Assembly (NCBI GenBank): GCA_001599295.1
Contig: BCGN01000006.1
Span: 310,001 to 374,000, forward strand
Source: Sporopachydermia quercuum
Taxonomy: Eukaryota
Direction: 5' to 3'
DNA length: 64,000 bases
Part shown: in pieces, positions 1 to 11,808 of the stretch
Layout: every line of letters starts with the position of its first letter
Position numbering within the stretch: the stretch's first letter is position 1
The notes under the pieces: model-generated
What the model was told of the DNA's origin: nothing
The model's database searches: none
Seen by the model: only the letters and a program-made list of their open reading frames with translations
Program-made: the position numbers and the translations under genes

Positions 1-62
1 TGTATTACAAAACACGAAAGAATAAATAACGAATTAATGAGATGATTCCACACTACTAGTAT

Positions 63-290
63 CTACCATCTGTGGGTAGAGATTTTGAGTAAAATGGTGA
101 AGATATCTATTATTTTACCACTCCACCAGTTTCCATAATACTTCATCGTATTCAAATAGCTTCGGTTTCTCCTTTTTTGTCCCAGTTTCCATATGAATAG
201 TGGTAAAACATGTTTCTCATCTAATATCATTAACATTTGCCTTACTGTTTCTATCACTGTTTTTCATTCACCTTCGGAAATTTCTATACT
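63..290 (-). mobile_element. Degenerate Ty1/copia-type integrase fragment (relic)
   Basis: Minus-strand frame reads EISEGE*KTVIETVRQML..LPLFIW. This aligns without gaps to the copia integrase consensus GVAERxNRTLIETARSML..LPxxFW, with a TGA stop at 264-266. Confidence 0.45.
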
Positions 291-1533
291 CTCTCCACCT
301 TGCTTTAATGTGCGCCCAACCATGGCTCCATCCCGGATACTCTCGCGCCTATAATTTCCATTTCTAGTTCTCATCCCGGTTCGGGCCGGTTGAGCTCATA
401 TCTTAAGAATTGCATGTGAAGGATAATAAAATTAATATGATATCCATTTGGTGTCTGGATGCAGATAGGCCAATTTAACTTTAAGCTTTAAGGTTTCTGC
501 TGCTTGGGACAACACTAGCATTTGCATGTGAAAACTGAATTATGTTAAAACCAGAGAAAACCAGGGAAGTAATGTAATGTCAAAATTAATTAAGAATATT
601 TCGACGTTGATGTTTCAGTAGTATTAAGAAGATGAAACATATTATAATGTGAGTTGATTAGTGAGGTAATGAAAACGGGCTACGTAATAGTTCTGTTGAT
701 TTCTAATAGTGTCAGAAAATTCAAATGAAGATTGAATTACACGTAGTACCATTGATTGATAAAGAACTTTCTACTTTGGTTGCGTCTTCAATATTTATGA
801 TTCCTTTGATCCGCTTAATTAAGCGGAAAGGTATGAAGCATTGTTATCGAAAGAATTATGGCTAGTAAGTACGTATGTTGTTTTAATTCTCTGAAGAGAA
901 GTTAATTGTCAAACCATTAATCACATCCGTAAAAGGAAGTGAAAAGAGAAGATAATTGAAAGGAGCAATACCTTTTTTACTTTTCGGATGATTTTTTTTC
1001 CAGACTTCTTCCTATTCTTCTAACTTGATTATTTCCGTTCAAGATTAGCTACAAGATCTTTCTATTCGTGGATTATCTGTCTTTTCACAATTGTTGGCAA
1101 TGAATAGATGGACTTTGGTTAGTAGATCCAATAAAAATAAGAGAGATCATTTCAAGGTTGAATAGGCATCTTAGATAAGGTTTAGTTAAAGTTTGAGAGG
1201 CCAAAAAGTAAGTAGTAATTTCAAGCATGTGATTATCATTGATATTTGTTCATCAACAAGTTTGAATGATTAATTTCTTTTGGGAATATTATATAAATAG
1301 AAAGGATTCTTCAAACTGTTGTTATTTATTCTGTGTTTCTATGTCTGGTATATTGTGATAGGAATGAACGCAAGGGAGAATTAGCATTAAGTCCTTAAAA
1401 AGTTCTGAGCAAGTAGCCGTGGAATAAAGCAGACTGTATATTGGCGTTTTGAATTTTTTCCTTTAGACAACATTTTAATAGTGTAAAGAACAAAGAACCG
1501 GAAAAGCATAGATAGCTGTTGATCGTCGCTACA

Positions 1534-2358
1534 ATGGTATCACTTACATTGAAACATTTATATGAATATCCTGTGGTATCCAGGCCAATTGAATATGTAA
1601 AAACGTTTAGTCTTGCTAATAAGGTTATCAGCAAAGTAAATGAAGCATATATCTTGGTGAACTCAAAATATGTTCCTGAGCAAGTGAAAACACTTTTGGC
1701 AAAAGCTGATAATGTTGGGGACGCAGTTTTGACTAGAATTGATTATAGAATTCCACAAATTGAGTCCTATGTGAAGTATCCTCTTCAATATTCCTATAAT
1801 AAGTTTAACAGTACTTTATTGCATCCTTTCAATGACTATCTTGAAGGGTCGTTGAAAAGACTCAATTTGGTCGATGAAACCGTGAATGGTGATACTACAG
1901 TTGATGAAGTTGTTAGATTCAAGTATTTGATTGGAAACTCTTTTGAGAAAGCTAAACCAATTGTGAGCTCTTCTTCTAAAAACGCTAAAAAGCACGTTGA
2001 AACAGTCTTTGATGAAAACAAGAAGAAGGCGGAAGAAACAAACAAGAAGATTGTAATTCCATCCGAAAGTATTACCAAGAATGAAAAACTTAACGAAACC
2101 TTCAAGCAATTGGAATCAAGATCTAATTCCGCTATGAACCTTGCAGTGGCTGGTTATAAAACAACAAAACAATTGTCTTCTGAACTCGTGGAAAAATTGA
2201 CTACTTCAGCTGGCAATGGTGTTTCTAAGAAGGAACCTGCACAANTTGAAAAGATAGATCTTAATGGTACTAGAATAACATCTGATGTGGCTTCAATCTC
2301 TTCAACATCTGAACCAACTGTTGAAACAGCCAAAGTGACTGTTTCAGCAAACGCTTGA
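1534..2358 (+). CDS. Perilipin-like lipid droplet protein (Pet10/Pln1/Sps4 family)
   Basis: First ATG at 1534. N-terminus TLKHLYEYPVV and LAKADNVGDAVLTRID resemble fungal perilipins. Upstream TATAAA at ~1290. Confidence 0.7.
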   Translation: MVSLTLKHLYEYPVVSRPIEYVKTFSLANKVISKVNEAYILVNSKYVPEQVKTLLAKADNVGDAVLTRIDYRIPQIESYVKYPLQYSYNKFNSTLLHPFNDYLEGSLKRLNLVDETVNGDTTVDEVVRFKYLIGNSFEKAKPIVSSSSKNAKKHVETVFDENKKKAEETNKKIVIPSESITKNEKLNETFKQLESRSNSAMNLAVAGYKTTKQLSSELVEKLTTSAGNGVSKKEPAQXEKIDLNGTRITSDVASISSTSEPTVETAKVTVSANA

Positions 2359-4009
2359 TCTTTGTCTTCTTCCGCCTTTCTCATCCAATATGGTCGACCG
2401 ACGTTATCAATTTTAATGGAAACCTTGCATGGTTTGATTGGATGTCGATCTCTATTAATGAGGTAATTTTTTGACAAGTTTTCGCACATAATTCTGTAGA
2501 TAACAGATAAATCGGTTTAGCCGTGGTTCATACTTGTGGAAGTACTTTAGTGAAATTTTAGATAAATGTATTAACTACCATAAATATACAAACAATGATT
2601 ACTAATTATAGGCTTCGCTTTCAAGAACATGATTCTCCGTCTAGGTTGAAGTTCTTTGAGTCCAATCTATATTGACAATCTGATGAAAGCCCGTATATAC
2701 AATGAAACGTATCTTTTCGTATTCTTTCCTCATACCCACTCTAGAATTCAATAATTAACTTTGATGGTTATTCCATTTTTTTCTGGTTATATTTCTCATA
2801 ACGGAAGAATGATTTTCGTTAGTAGATTTCATCTATTAACGGAATTTTCTTGGCTAGCAAGATTAGGCAAATCGGGACTGGAATGGGCATATATCCCATT
2901 TATACATCTCCCTCTTCAATCTATAACTTCTATAGCATACTCCATCTTACCTATCTGAACATTTTCTTCCTAAACTAAACTATCAAAAACGCTGGATCTC
3001 TTTATTGTTGTTTATCTAACTGTTCAACTCTTTAGCTATTAATCATATCTTATTCAGAAAGAAAACCCTATTCTGTTGATGAATAAACGACTTTCCGCCA
3101 AATAATTTTTGTACGCTACACTAAAGTTAAAGTTGACATCACTAGAGTTCATAAAAAGTTTATTTATATGGCTGAAGTATAGTTTTCGATTACAAGATTT
3201 TCACATGAAAATGTTTACACAATAGCAGTTGTTGTACTCTGTGATTATATTTATTTAGTTTTGTTGCACTACAAGAAAAATAGTCTTTAGTTAATATAGG
3301 ATGTAAATATATGAATACAGCTTTGGAATAGAAACACCGTAGTTAATTATCTGACGTAGATATGATAAATGAAAGCTCAGATTTTTTATCTGAACTTTCA
3401 TTGTAATTAATTAATCCAAATGGAATTTGTTGGTGATAGAAGATATAACGATCCAATCCATCCCCAATCCATTAGTAGTGTTAATCAGTTGTTATTGTTG
3501 AGAAATGTATTATAATTCTGAAACCGAGCGGATAACAGCTGAAATAGGACAAACATGATCTCCTATCGTAAGAAGTTAGTTATATATTCTTTGGCTGGTT
3601 AGCCAGCAAGCCTATCAGCCGCTCGGAGAGAAACCGGAAACTGGAGAACTGAGGGATGAGAATCAGGTTGTTATATAATAAGTAGTTCATTATATTTCTT
3701 GATTATGTTCGTAGACATGCAAATCAACTTGTTTGTGGGAAATCCATTAGAACAGCATTTAATCAAAGTGCGTATTCAAGCATTGTAGTGATAGCAGCTG
3801 TATTTTATTCATGGAGGCAACCCCTATCTACAGCTCTGTTCCCTTAATATACTGATTCAAATTTAATTCATAAATACTTAACTATGGTAATTACCTTTCA
3901 AAATATAATACAACCTTCAATTTATCATAGAGAAAACACGTGATATAAAAACAATAATGATACATATTACTGAAGACATTTTCCTGACACTGATATCTCC
4001 AGATTATGT

Positions 4010-5089
4010 CTATTCCATATCTTTCCTAAAACCAGAAGACTTCTTCTTAGGTCGAATGCTTTCCGGAATATGAGTGAATAACCAATAAACCGACTGTTTA
4101 GTACCATCTTCTTTAATTCTTGCTCTTTCTAATTCTTCCACAGCTTCTTGCTGACCAATTGCCCTTTCTTGCATTGATTTTGCAATTGTCCTGATAATCA
4201 ATTTTCGGCGATGATATGACTTTTTAAATTTTCTATTAGGACCTGTTCTCCATTTACAACCATATCGTCTTTCCATCTGTTCTATAGATGGTCTACCATT
4301 GATGCCATGATACCATTCATCGACGACATCTTGAACAGATTTTGAGTGTGAGAATTCAAAGTCAATTACTTCGCCATCATTTGCTCCTTCAGGTTCATCC
4401 TCATCATTACTAGTTAAACCACTAGGACCTGGACCATTGTCACCTTTGACTAATACTTGATTAACCGGTCCGCCTTCATTAGGTCGGATAACATTACCGT
4501 TTCCAACCATACCCATGAAGCCTGCTGCTGCTGCATCTACTTCATTGTTTACGGGTCCTGGGCCATTGTTAACTCGACCACTTGTTCCATCAGGATTGCT
4601 ACCACGAGAAATATATCTGCTCATTATTTGTTCAGTTCTTTGTCGTTGTTGAGTCAATGCTACGGGAACAACTCTATTACCCATGTGATTCTGTACATTA
4701 CCTGATCCCCCATTAGCATCAGTTTCACCATTGCCACCAGGAACGGGCCTTGTGGCTTCTAAATTCAAGTCAGAATAATCCAGATCTATCCCATCGGCAT
4801 CGTTCATTTGATGATCTCTTGCTGCTCTTGTATATGCTTGAGCTCTCAGACCCCGAAGATTGTAGATATATGATTCCCTTGGGTCCAACGTAACAACCCT
4901 ATTATCAACAGTTCGTGTAACTGGGTTGTGGAGTGCTAGTTCCAACTCTTGAATTACATTGGATATAATCAACGGCAATTCTTCACGATTTGGTAAACGC
5001 GTAATATACTGTTTGATGCTATTCAACTCGCTCTCGATCATATCAAGTTTTCCAAGAATGGCTTCGTTGCTCGCATAGTCACTATTCAT
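4010..5089 (-). CDS. GCR1_C-domain transcription factor (Msn1/Hot1/Gcr1 family)
   Basis: C-terminal SVQDVVDEWYHGINGRPSIEQMERRYGCKWR...YHRRKLII is the GCR1_C signature. N-terminal coiled coil and low-complexity linker. Confidence 0.85.
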   Translation of the reverse strand: MNSDYASNEAILGKLDMIESELNSIKQYITRLPNREELPLIISNVIQELELALHNPVTRTVDNRVVTLDPRESYIYNLRGLRAQAYTRAARDHQMNDADGIDLDYSDLNLEATRPVPGGNGETDANGGSGNVQNHMGNRVVPVALTQQRQRTEQIMSRYISRGSNPDGTSGRVNNGPGPVNNEVDAAAAGFMGMVGNGNVIRPNEGGPVNQVLVKGDNGPGPSGLTSNDEDEPEGANDGEVIDFEFSHSKSVQDVVDEWYHGINGRPSIEQMERRYGCKWRTGPNRKFKKSYHRRKLIIRTIAKSMQERAIGQQEAVEELERARIKEDGTKQSVYWLFTHIPESIRPKKKSSGFRKDME

Positions 5090-5779
5090 TTTGCTTCTTC
5101 TCTCTAACTGTCTTTTCCCTCCCTTTATATTCTATTCTTTTTGCTGTTGATTGACTGTTTAATTCTCTTCTTCCTATTTTTGGTCCTCGTTGTTTCTAAC
5201 GCTTTTTGATAATTGCAAATTCTTATCAGATTCTATTTGAATGGTTATCAACAGTAAACACAGTAGAGGGACTCAAAGGTTCTTTGGGAGGGTCCTGAAA
5301 GAAAATGTGATCAGTGACAGTCATGACAACACCCAAAAATCGTTTGTTTTCCTGCTTTTGTTTATTATGTTACATAATCATTTCTTGAACTAAAAATATC
5401 GGAAATAATTTACTAATCTCAGGTGGTGAATTGACAATACAATTTATGATTGATTATATAATCACTTAATGCTGTCCCATTCTTTCATCAAATATTTCAT
5501 AACTGCATTGAATGTTGATAATAAAATCGTCCCTTAGTATAATGAACGATCTACTGTTGAGCTTTATAATTATAGCTGACTCCTTTGACTATTTGACTAG
5601 TATTCTCTATTGAAGTTGATACTGTAGCCAATTTTTCTCTCTTTAGATTATAGAAGGCAGTACAGGCTTCCAAGCATAACATCTCTTAAGAGCTTGTACT
5701 ATTGAGTCATACACCACCAATAGACTGTATTATCACTGCATCTATTTAGAGAATATCAGCATAGTTGATTGTTAAGATT

Positions 5780-8700
5780 ATGGAAGGAGTATTTGAAAAG
5801 CTGGTTGATTACAAAGTGGAATATGCTCCATCAAGAATAAGTAAATTCCGATCAAAACGAACTGGCTTGCAAGTTGTTCTGATCGACCAAGAATCACCAC
5901 TTGTGAATGGGTATTTCGCTGTATCGACAGAGATTGACAATGATTCCGGCTGCCCTCATACTCTTGAACATCTCATTTTTATGGGATCAAAAAATTATCC
6001 CTATAAAGGTTTACTAGACACTTTAGGAAATAGATGTTACTCTTATACCAATGCTTGGACTGCTACAGATTCGACTGTTTATACTCTTTGCTCTGCAGGT
6101 TGGGATGGTTTCAAAATGCTTTTACCTATTTATCTTGATCATGTTTTAAACCCTTTGATTACTGACGAAGCATGTACTACTGAGGTTTACCATATCGATG
6201 GTAAAGCTAAGGAAAAAGGTGTAGTGTTTTCAGAAATGCTCAATGTTGAGAATCAATCTTACTCTTTACTTTCTTTAAATGCAATGAGGAATATGTACCC
6301 GCCAGAGTCTGGTTATAGCCATGAAACTGGTGGTTTAACTTCAAACTTGCGAAAGCTTTCTAATGACGACATCAGGAAGTTTCATAAACTACGCTATAGG
6401 CCAAATAACCTATGTTTGATTATTACAGGTCATATTAATCAGAAGGAATTCTTCCACCTGATAAATGATTTTGATACAAATCATGCTGATCCATTGAAAG
6501 ACCCTGAAACTTATCCCGCGTACTATTACAGGCCTTTTGTTGATCATAAACCACGAGAAACGGCTCCTGAGAACATTACTATTGAGTCAATTGTTTTCCC
6601 TGATGAAGATGAATCAATGGGTGAAATTCTCATCAATTGGTTTGGTCCAAGCACTTCCGATGTTGTAGGTAACCTTGCTGTAGATATGATTGGAACCTAT
6701 TTAACTGAGTCTTCGCTAGCTTTATTACAAAAGACATTGGTTGAGATAGATGAACCTTTAGCTACTGATGTTGATTACTATACTGATGATTACATTAATA
6801 CTGCTTTGAACTTATACATTTCCGGTGTCCCTACTGAACAACTGGATAAATGTCAAGAGCATATATTTGATATTTTACGTGAGCATGTTAGTACTGAACA
6901 ATTCAATCTAACAAGAATTAGAGAAATATTAGACCAATCGAAAATCAAATTCATCCTATCAACAGAAAAGTCACCAAAGGACTTAGCTANTGTTGCCATC
7001 CTAGATTTTCTTTATGGCTCACCTGATGGAACTGATCTAAGTGCTTGGTCGAGAACACTAGATGAATATGATGAATTGAAGCAATGGTCATATGATCAAT
7101 GGATTGAAGTGCTTGAGAAGTATTTTATCAATAATAAACCTGTGATTGTCAAAGGGTCTCCTTCTAATAAATTCTATAAACTGTTGAAGAAATCAGTGAA
7201 ATCAAGACGTAAAGCCTATAAAGAAAAATATGGGAAAGACGGATTAGAAAAGCTCGCAGAGAAATTACAAGCTGCTGAAGATTTCAATAATAAACCAATT
7301 CCTGATGAGATATTACTTAAATATGAGATGCCAAATCCTAAGGGTATAGATTTCATTAATACTGCTTCAGCAAAATCAGGACTAGCAAGATCTGAAAATG
7401 ATATTGATAAAAGCAGAGGTAATAATGTTAATAGTGCTACTCCAAGCTCTATACAACAATACATTGACAAAGATGAAGAAATACTACTATCTTCATTAGA
7501 AACAGACAAATCGCCTTTATATCTTCATTTTGAACACTTCGAATCAAACTTTGCTGAAATCAGAATTGGGTTCTCTACCGCTACTATCGATCGTTCTCTT
7601 CTTCCCTATGTTACACTTATATTCACTGAGTTATTCAATTTACCCATTAAATTGCCTAATGGTGAATTTATGAATCATGAACAAGTAATCTCTCAACTGA
7701 AAATTGATACTGTCAATAATTCTATCTATTGTGCTTTTCCTAACTCATCTGGAGCATCATTCTCTGAGCTGATCACCATGAAGGTTCAAATAGAGGCAAA
7801 GAACTACTCGAAAGCTATCAGCTGGTTTACTAACTGCATGAAGTATTCTGTGTTTGATAAGAAACGATTGAGAACTGTGATTGAGGTATTCCTGAACAGA
7901 ATCCCAGAAAGAAAGAGAAATGGGAATATGATGATGAAGTCTTTGTTGACTAGAAAGATTATGAATGATGACTCATTGAGCAAGAACAATGACGATTTGT
8001 TTATAAAAGACTTCTTCACTAAGGTTTTAAATAATTATGATGAAATGTACTCAAAAATGGTTGAAGACTTAGAAACTGTTCGTGAGAGGCTATTTGTCTT
8101 GAATAACATGCGTATTGTTGTTTCTGGGAATGTATTTAATATCAATAAGCCAGTGTCATCTTGGGAGTTCTTAGCAAAGGAATATGATACTTCTGCAACC
8201 AAGGATCTGACTGTTTTCCCAAGATCATTCAATAAGATGTCAGAATTAGGAGAAACGTTAAGTAGAGAGGCATTTATTGTTTCTACACCTGGCTCTGAAT
8301 CAGCTTTCATCAATATAGTGACCAAGATACCCCATCATTACAACCATGAAGATATTCCTGCTATAATTCTAACAGCTGAGTATCTTCAATGTGTTGAGGG
8401 TCCATTATGGCGTGGAATTAGAGGGAAGGGGCTTGCTTATGGTGCTAATATGTATGTTAGTATCGAACATGGAATGCTCATTTATAGTGTTTATAGAGCA
8501 GCTGATGCTACATCATCTATAATGGAGGCTAAAAAGATAGTTGATGACTTTTGTTGCGGTGAGAGTAAAGTCGAACATTTATTACTTCAAGGAGCACTCT
8601 CCAGCTATGTGAATTCACTTGCTGAAGCCGAAAGTCATGTATTTGATGCTAGTATGTGTGCTTTTGTAGGTGAAGTCATTAAAGGTGAAAGAGATCGTAA

Positions 8701-9109
8701 AGTGTTTTTGGATAAACTGGGTACTGTTACTACCGATGATGTTGTCAGAATAATGAAGAAATTTGTGCTTGGGTTGTTTAAAGAAGATACAAGTTGTGTA
8801 TTTACAGCATGCCATGGGTCAATGACGGAATCTTTGGTGAAAGGATTAGAAGATTTGAAGTATACAGTTAATATTGAAACATTGGATGGTGATGATGTTG
8901 AAGAANAGGATGAAAAAGGTGAAGAGGAAGAGGAAGAGGAAGGTGATCTTGACAGCGAAAGTGCAAGCGAAAGCGAAAGTGAAAGTGCAAGTGAAAGTGA
9001 AGACTCCAGTAGTGAGGTTTCTGACGATAGCAAAGATAGCGAAGATGATGAAATTGGAGACAGTGAGTTAGAAAACGATTATGTCATTATTAAGAAAGAT
9101 GATCTATAA
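5780..9109 (+). CDS. SDD3: M16-family zinc metallopeptidase (Sdd3/YOL098C-like)
   Basis: GCPHTLEHLIFMGS inverted HxxEH motif, NAWTATD, GPLWRGIRGKGLAYGA, acidic C-terminal tail. First ATG at 5780. Confidence 0.88.
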   Translation: MEGVFEKLVDYKVEYAPSRISKFRSKRTGLQVVLIDQESPLVNGYFAVSTEIDNDSGCPHTLEHLIFMGSKNYPYKGLLDTLGNRCYSYTNAWTATDSTVYTLCSAGWDGFKMLLPIYLDHVLNPLITDEACTTEVYHIDGKAKEKGVVFSEMLNVENQSYSLLSLNAMRNMYPPESGYSHETGGLTSNLRKLSNDDIRKFHKLRYRPNNLCLIITGHINQKEFFHLINDFDTNHADPLKDPETYPAYYYRPFVDHKPRETAPENITIESIVFPDEDESMGEILINWFGPSTSDVVGNLAVDMIGTYLTESSLALLQKTLVEIDEPLATDVDYYTDDYINTALNLYISGVPTEQLDKCQEHIFDILREHVSTEQFNLTRIREILDQSKIKFILSTEKSPKDLAXVAILDFLYGSPDGTDLSAWSRTLDEYDELKQWSYDQWIEVLEKYFINNKPVIVKGSPSNKFYKLLKKSVKSRRKAYKEKYGKDGLEKLAEKLQAAEDFNNKPIPDEILLKYEMPNPKGIDFINTASAKSGLARSENDIDKSRGNNVNSATPSSIQQYIDKDEEILLSSLETDKSPLYLHFEHFESNFAEIRIGFSTATIDRSLLPYVTLIFTELFNLPIKLPNGEFMNHEQVISQLKIDTVNNSIYCAFPNSSGASFSELITMKVQIEAKNYSKAISWFTNCMKYSVFDKKRLRTVIEVFLNRIPERKRNGNMMMKSLLTRKIMNDDSLSKNNDDLFIKDFFTKVLNNYDEMYSKMVEDLETVRERLFVLNNMRIVVSGNVFNINKPVSSWEFLAKEYDTSATKDLTVFPRSFNKMSELGETLSREAFIVSTPGSESAFINIVTKIPHHYNHEDIPAIILTAEYLQCVEGPLWRGIRGKGLAYGANMYVSIEHGMLIYSVYRAADATSSIMEAKKIVDDFCCGESKVEHLLLQGALSSYVNSLAEAESHVFDASMCAFVGEVIKGERDRKVFLDKLGTVTTDDVVRIMKKFVLGLFKEDTSCVFTACHGSMTESLVKGLEDLKYTVNIETLDGDDVEEXDEKGEEEEEEEGDLDSESASESESESASESEDSSSEVSDDSKDSEDDEIGDSELENDYVIIKKDDL

Positions 9110-9589
9110 TTTTCCATGCAGCAAATCCTTTAATTTCATCTTCTTCTCAATTCAAAATGATGAATATTGATCTTGTTCTAATACTTACATTACTACCATA
9201 ATTATCATTACTCTTATCCTAGCAAATACTATCTATACGTACTAATAGTTTACTCATTTATAACCTACTCTACTCACATATCTACCAATGTACCTTGTAG
9301 AGTATATAAATTCTTGTGCGCGTCTCTTACGTATCTTTTATTTGGCAGATATCAAAGCCATTTTCACTGTTGTTATGTACCAGAGTTATTGCAAAAGATA
9401 TTATATGAGAAATAGACGACAAAGAAGAAAAAAACAGCGTTTTGATTCCCTGAAGTAGAGTAACTTAGAAAACAACAACTCACATAGCTATACTTAAATC
9501 AATCAATTATCAATAAGACCATCATCACTATTCTACTATTAATTTTATTACATCTCTTTTTCACTTATTTACTGTCACTATCCTAGTTA

Positions 9590-10558
9590 TTACTCACTGA
9601 ATGGCTGATATCCTCCAAATAGTGTCCAGAATAAATGCATGCCAATACCAGCAGATAAAGCAGAAGCAACCAAATTAACACCATTATTAGTTAATAAATC
9701 TATATGACCAGATTCCACCTTCACTTCATTTTTCACCAAAGTATCAATTGGCACTTTCAATCTAGCACCACCTTCAGCTTCAACAACAGTTCCTTGTCGT
9801 GTAACTAATGTTTGCTGAAAAGCTGATCCCAAGAATGAGTCAATCATACTACCAAAAACCCCAACAAAACCCATAAGCAAGATGAATCCAATTTTTTCAC
9901 TGATAGAGGTTAAATAGCTTGAAAATGGGTCAAAGAAAATAGCTACTACTCCAATTATACTTCCGCCAACAACAGACATAAATGTACCAAATAATGTTAC
10001 ACCTCCATTGGTCCCTTTGGGACATGGTTTGAAAGAGCCGATTAGGTATGTTGTACCTTTACTTAGTATTCCAAGCTCACTCGCTAAAGTGTCAGCAAGT
10101 ACAGCAGCATATTGAGCAACAATTGCTGCTGGTGCTAAAATAGAATTGGTTATATTTGAAAAATTAGTTATATGGAGAAATAGCAATAGAGTAGCAACGC
10201 CTGCATTACATACAACCTGTGTCGATGTTCGTGNTGCTCTATAATCAGCATCAACTTTGAAATCTGAGTCTAATTGCAATTCAAACAGTTCTTGCACCGG
10301 TATACCAGTTGGTTTCATATCTAAAGATTTCACAACTCTACTTTTCTCTTGTAATTTGAATTTTGAAGCATAACTACCAATAACAAAAAATGTCACCAAC
10401 AATGCTAAGTATAAGCTTGAATCTGGAGCCGCATGAATAAATCCAACTATTATTGCAAAAGCAATCCCTCCAGCAGTTAGAGAATCATCTTTCTTCGCTT
10501 TCAGGGCTAGGAGACCAACTACAGTTAACCTGCAGTAGAAGGCAATTTCATCAAACAT
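9590..10558 (-). CDS. DUF92/TMEM19 family integral membrane protein
   Basis: Multi-TM protein with RTSTQVVCNAG, ADTLASELGILS, GTNGGVTLFGT, GSMIDSFLGS and NNGVN motifs. Confidence 0.9.
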   Translation of the reverse strand: MFDEIAFYCRLTVVGLLALKAKKDDSLTAGGIAFAIIVGFIHAAPDSSLYLALLVTFFVIGSYASKFKLQEKSRVVKSLDMKPTGIPVQELFELQLDSDFKVDADYRAXRTSTQVVCNAGVATLLLFLHITNFSNITNSILAPAAIVAQYAAVLADTLASELGILSKGTTYLIGSFKPCPKGTNGGVTLFGTFMSVVGGSIIGVVAIFFDPFSSYLTSISEKIGFILLMGFVGVFGSMIDSFLGSAFQQTLVTRQGTVVEAEGGARLKVPIDTLVKNEVKVESGHIDLLTNNGVNLVASALSAGIGMHLFWTLFGGYQPFSE

Positions 10559-11808
10559 TATAAGCTGTATGGTTACAATTCACTATATGTTACAATGAGC
10601 ANAATAATGGATGATGCAGTATAACCTGTTGATGAATAATATTGGGAGCAAATCTTCAGCTGTTGGTCCTATGAAGTCTTCCGATGGTATTTCCAATGAT
10701 CTAGCTGAGTGGAATAAATTGCTTGATTCTGAACTAGCCAGTTACTGATTATTCGAGTAATTNATNAAGTAAGGATCAATAAAAAATATTCTGGCTGATT
10801 TCAAGTGTATTATCTCAAGTATTTCAATTATACCAGTTCAATGATCAGTTGGTTGTCAGCTTGTTCTTAATCATAGATATCTTTCTTTTGAATGTTCAGT
10901 TCATATGATGTACCTTAAACCCTATACCATTTATCGTATAGTCATTCTCTAATATATACATTCAACCTTCCAATAAAGGTAAAGACAGCAAAAATTTTAA
11001 TTGTTTGCAAATAATTACCTCTATTTATATAGCAAGCCTTTCATTACAATTCTGCCCTGGTGGCAATAAATTTGTATTAAATCCTGTTTCGTTATCCCGC
11101 CTTCAGTTGTCCTTCATAATGAAGTACTTCTTCCATAGTAAATACTTCCGCTAAGTGCGGAGAAGTTTCGCTTTTGTCGGAGCGATGGAGTAGTAGTGAT
11201 TACGGAGAAGATATTGCTTGTTTGAGAATTTCGGAGGTTATAGCGGGTGTCATAATGGAGGTCGGGATACTCTCATATGATAAAAGGAGGAAAGATATAG
11301 GGATACAGACGTTCGAAGAGTGGAATTTTGGTTCGTAGAGAAGTAGTTAGTCATGAATAACTTAATTGATTTATTATGCATTAGCAGGTAAAGACGAAAG
11401 GCCAGATGAATAGAATACGCCTAACAGCAAATCCTTTTACGTTTTAGAGCCTGGTTCGAGTGAGCATTATTTGATGATGATGTAATCGGTAATGATTGGT
11501 TATCAGATTCCAAGTACTCCATTTATTGTTATNGATCTTGGAAAATCTGTTGAAGGTGAGACGCTAATATTTTTCTTCATCTTTCACCTAATAACTCTCA
11601 TTATCATTATCATCTCTTCTTGGCTCTTCTGTACCTTTGTCGATTCATCTATTTGGCTTCTGGTTCCATTATTCATTCCAGTTAGCATGATTTCTTTTAC
11701 ATTCTTTACATTGATCACACATAGTGTATACAATCTACAGATTATGAACAATTAAAATTTCTTGCTTATTGAAGGATTGAAAAATATGTTTAACCAAATC
11801 ACACTTGT

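Noticed and set aside
10600..10750. TAEDLLPILF (VPS9-like) on minus and a 38-aa ORF on plus
   Set aside because: A single short motif with no supporting context.
11492..11755. 87-aa hydrophobic ORF
   Set aside because: Hydrophobicity comes from T-rich low-complexity sequence near the DLD1 3' end. No recognisable family.
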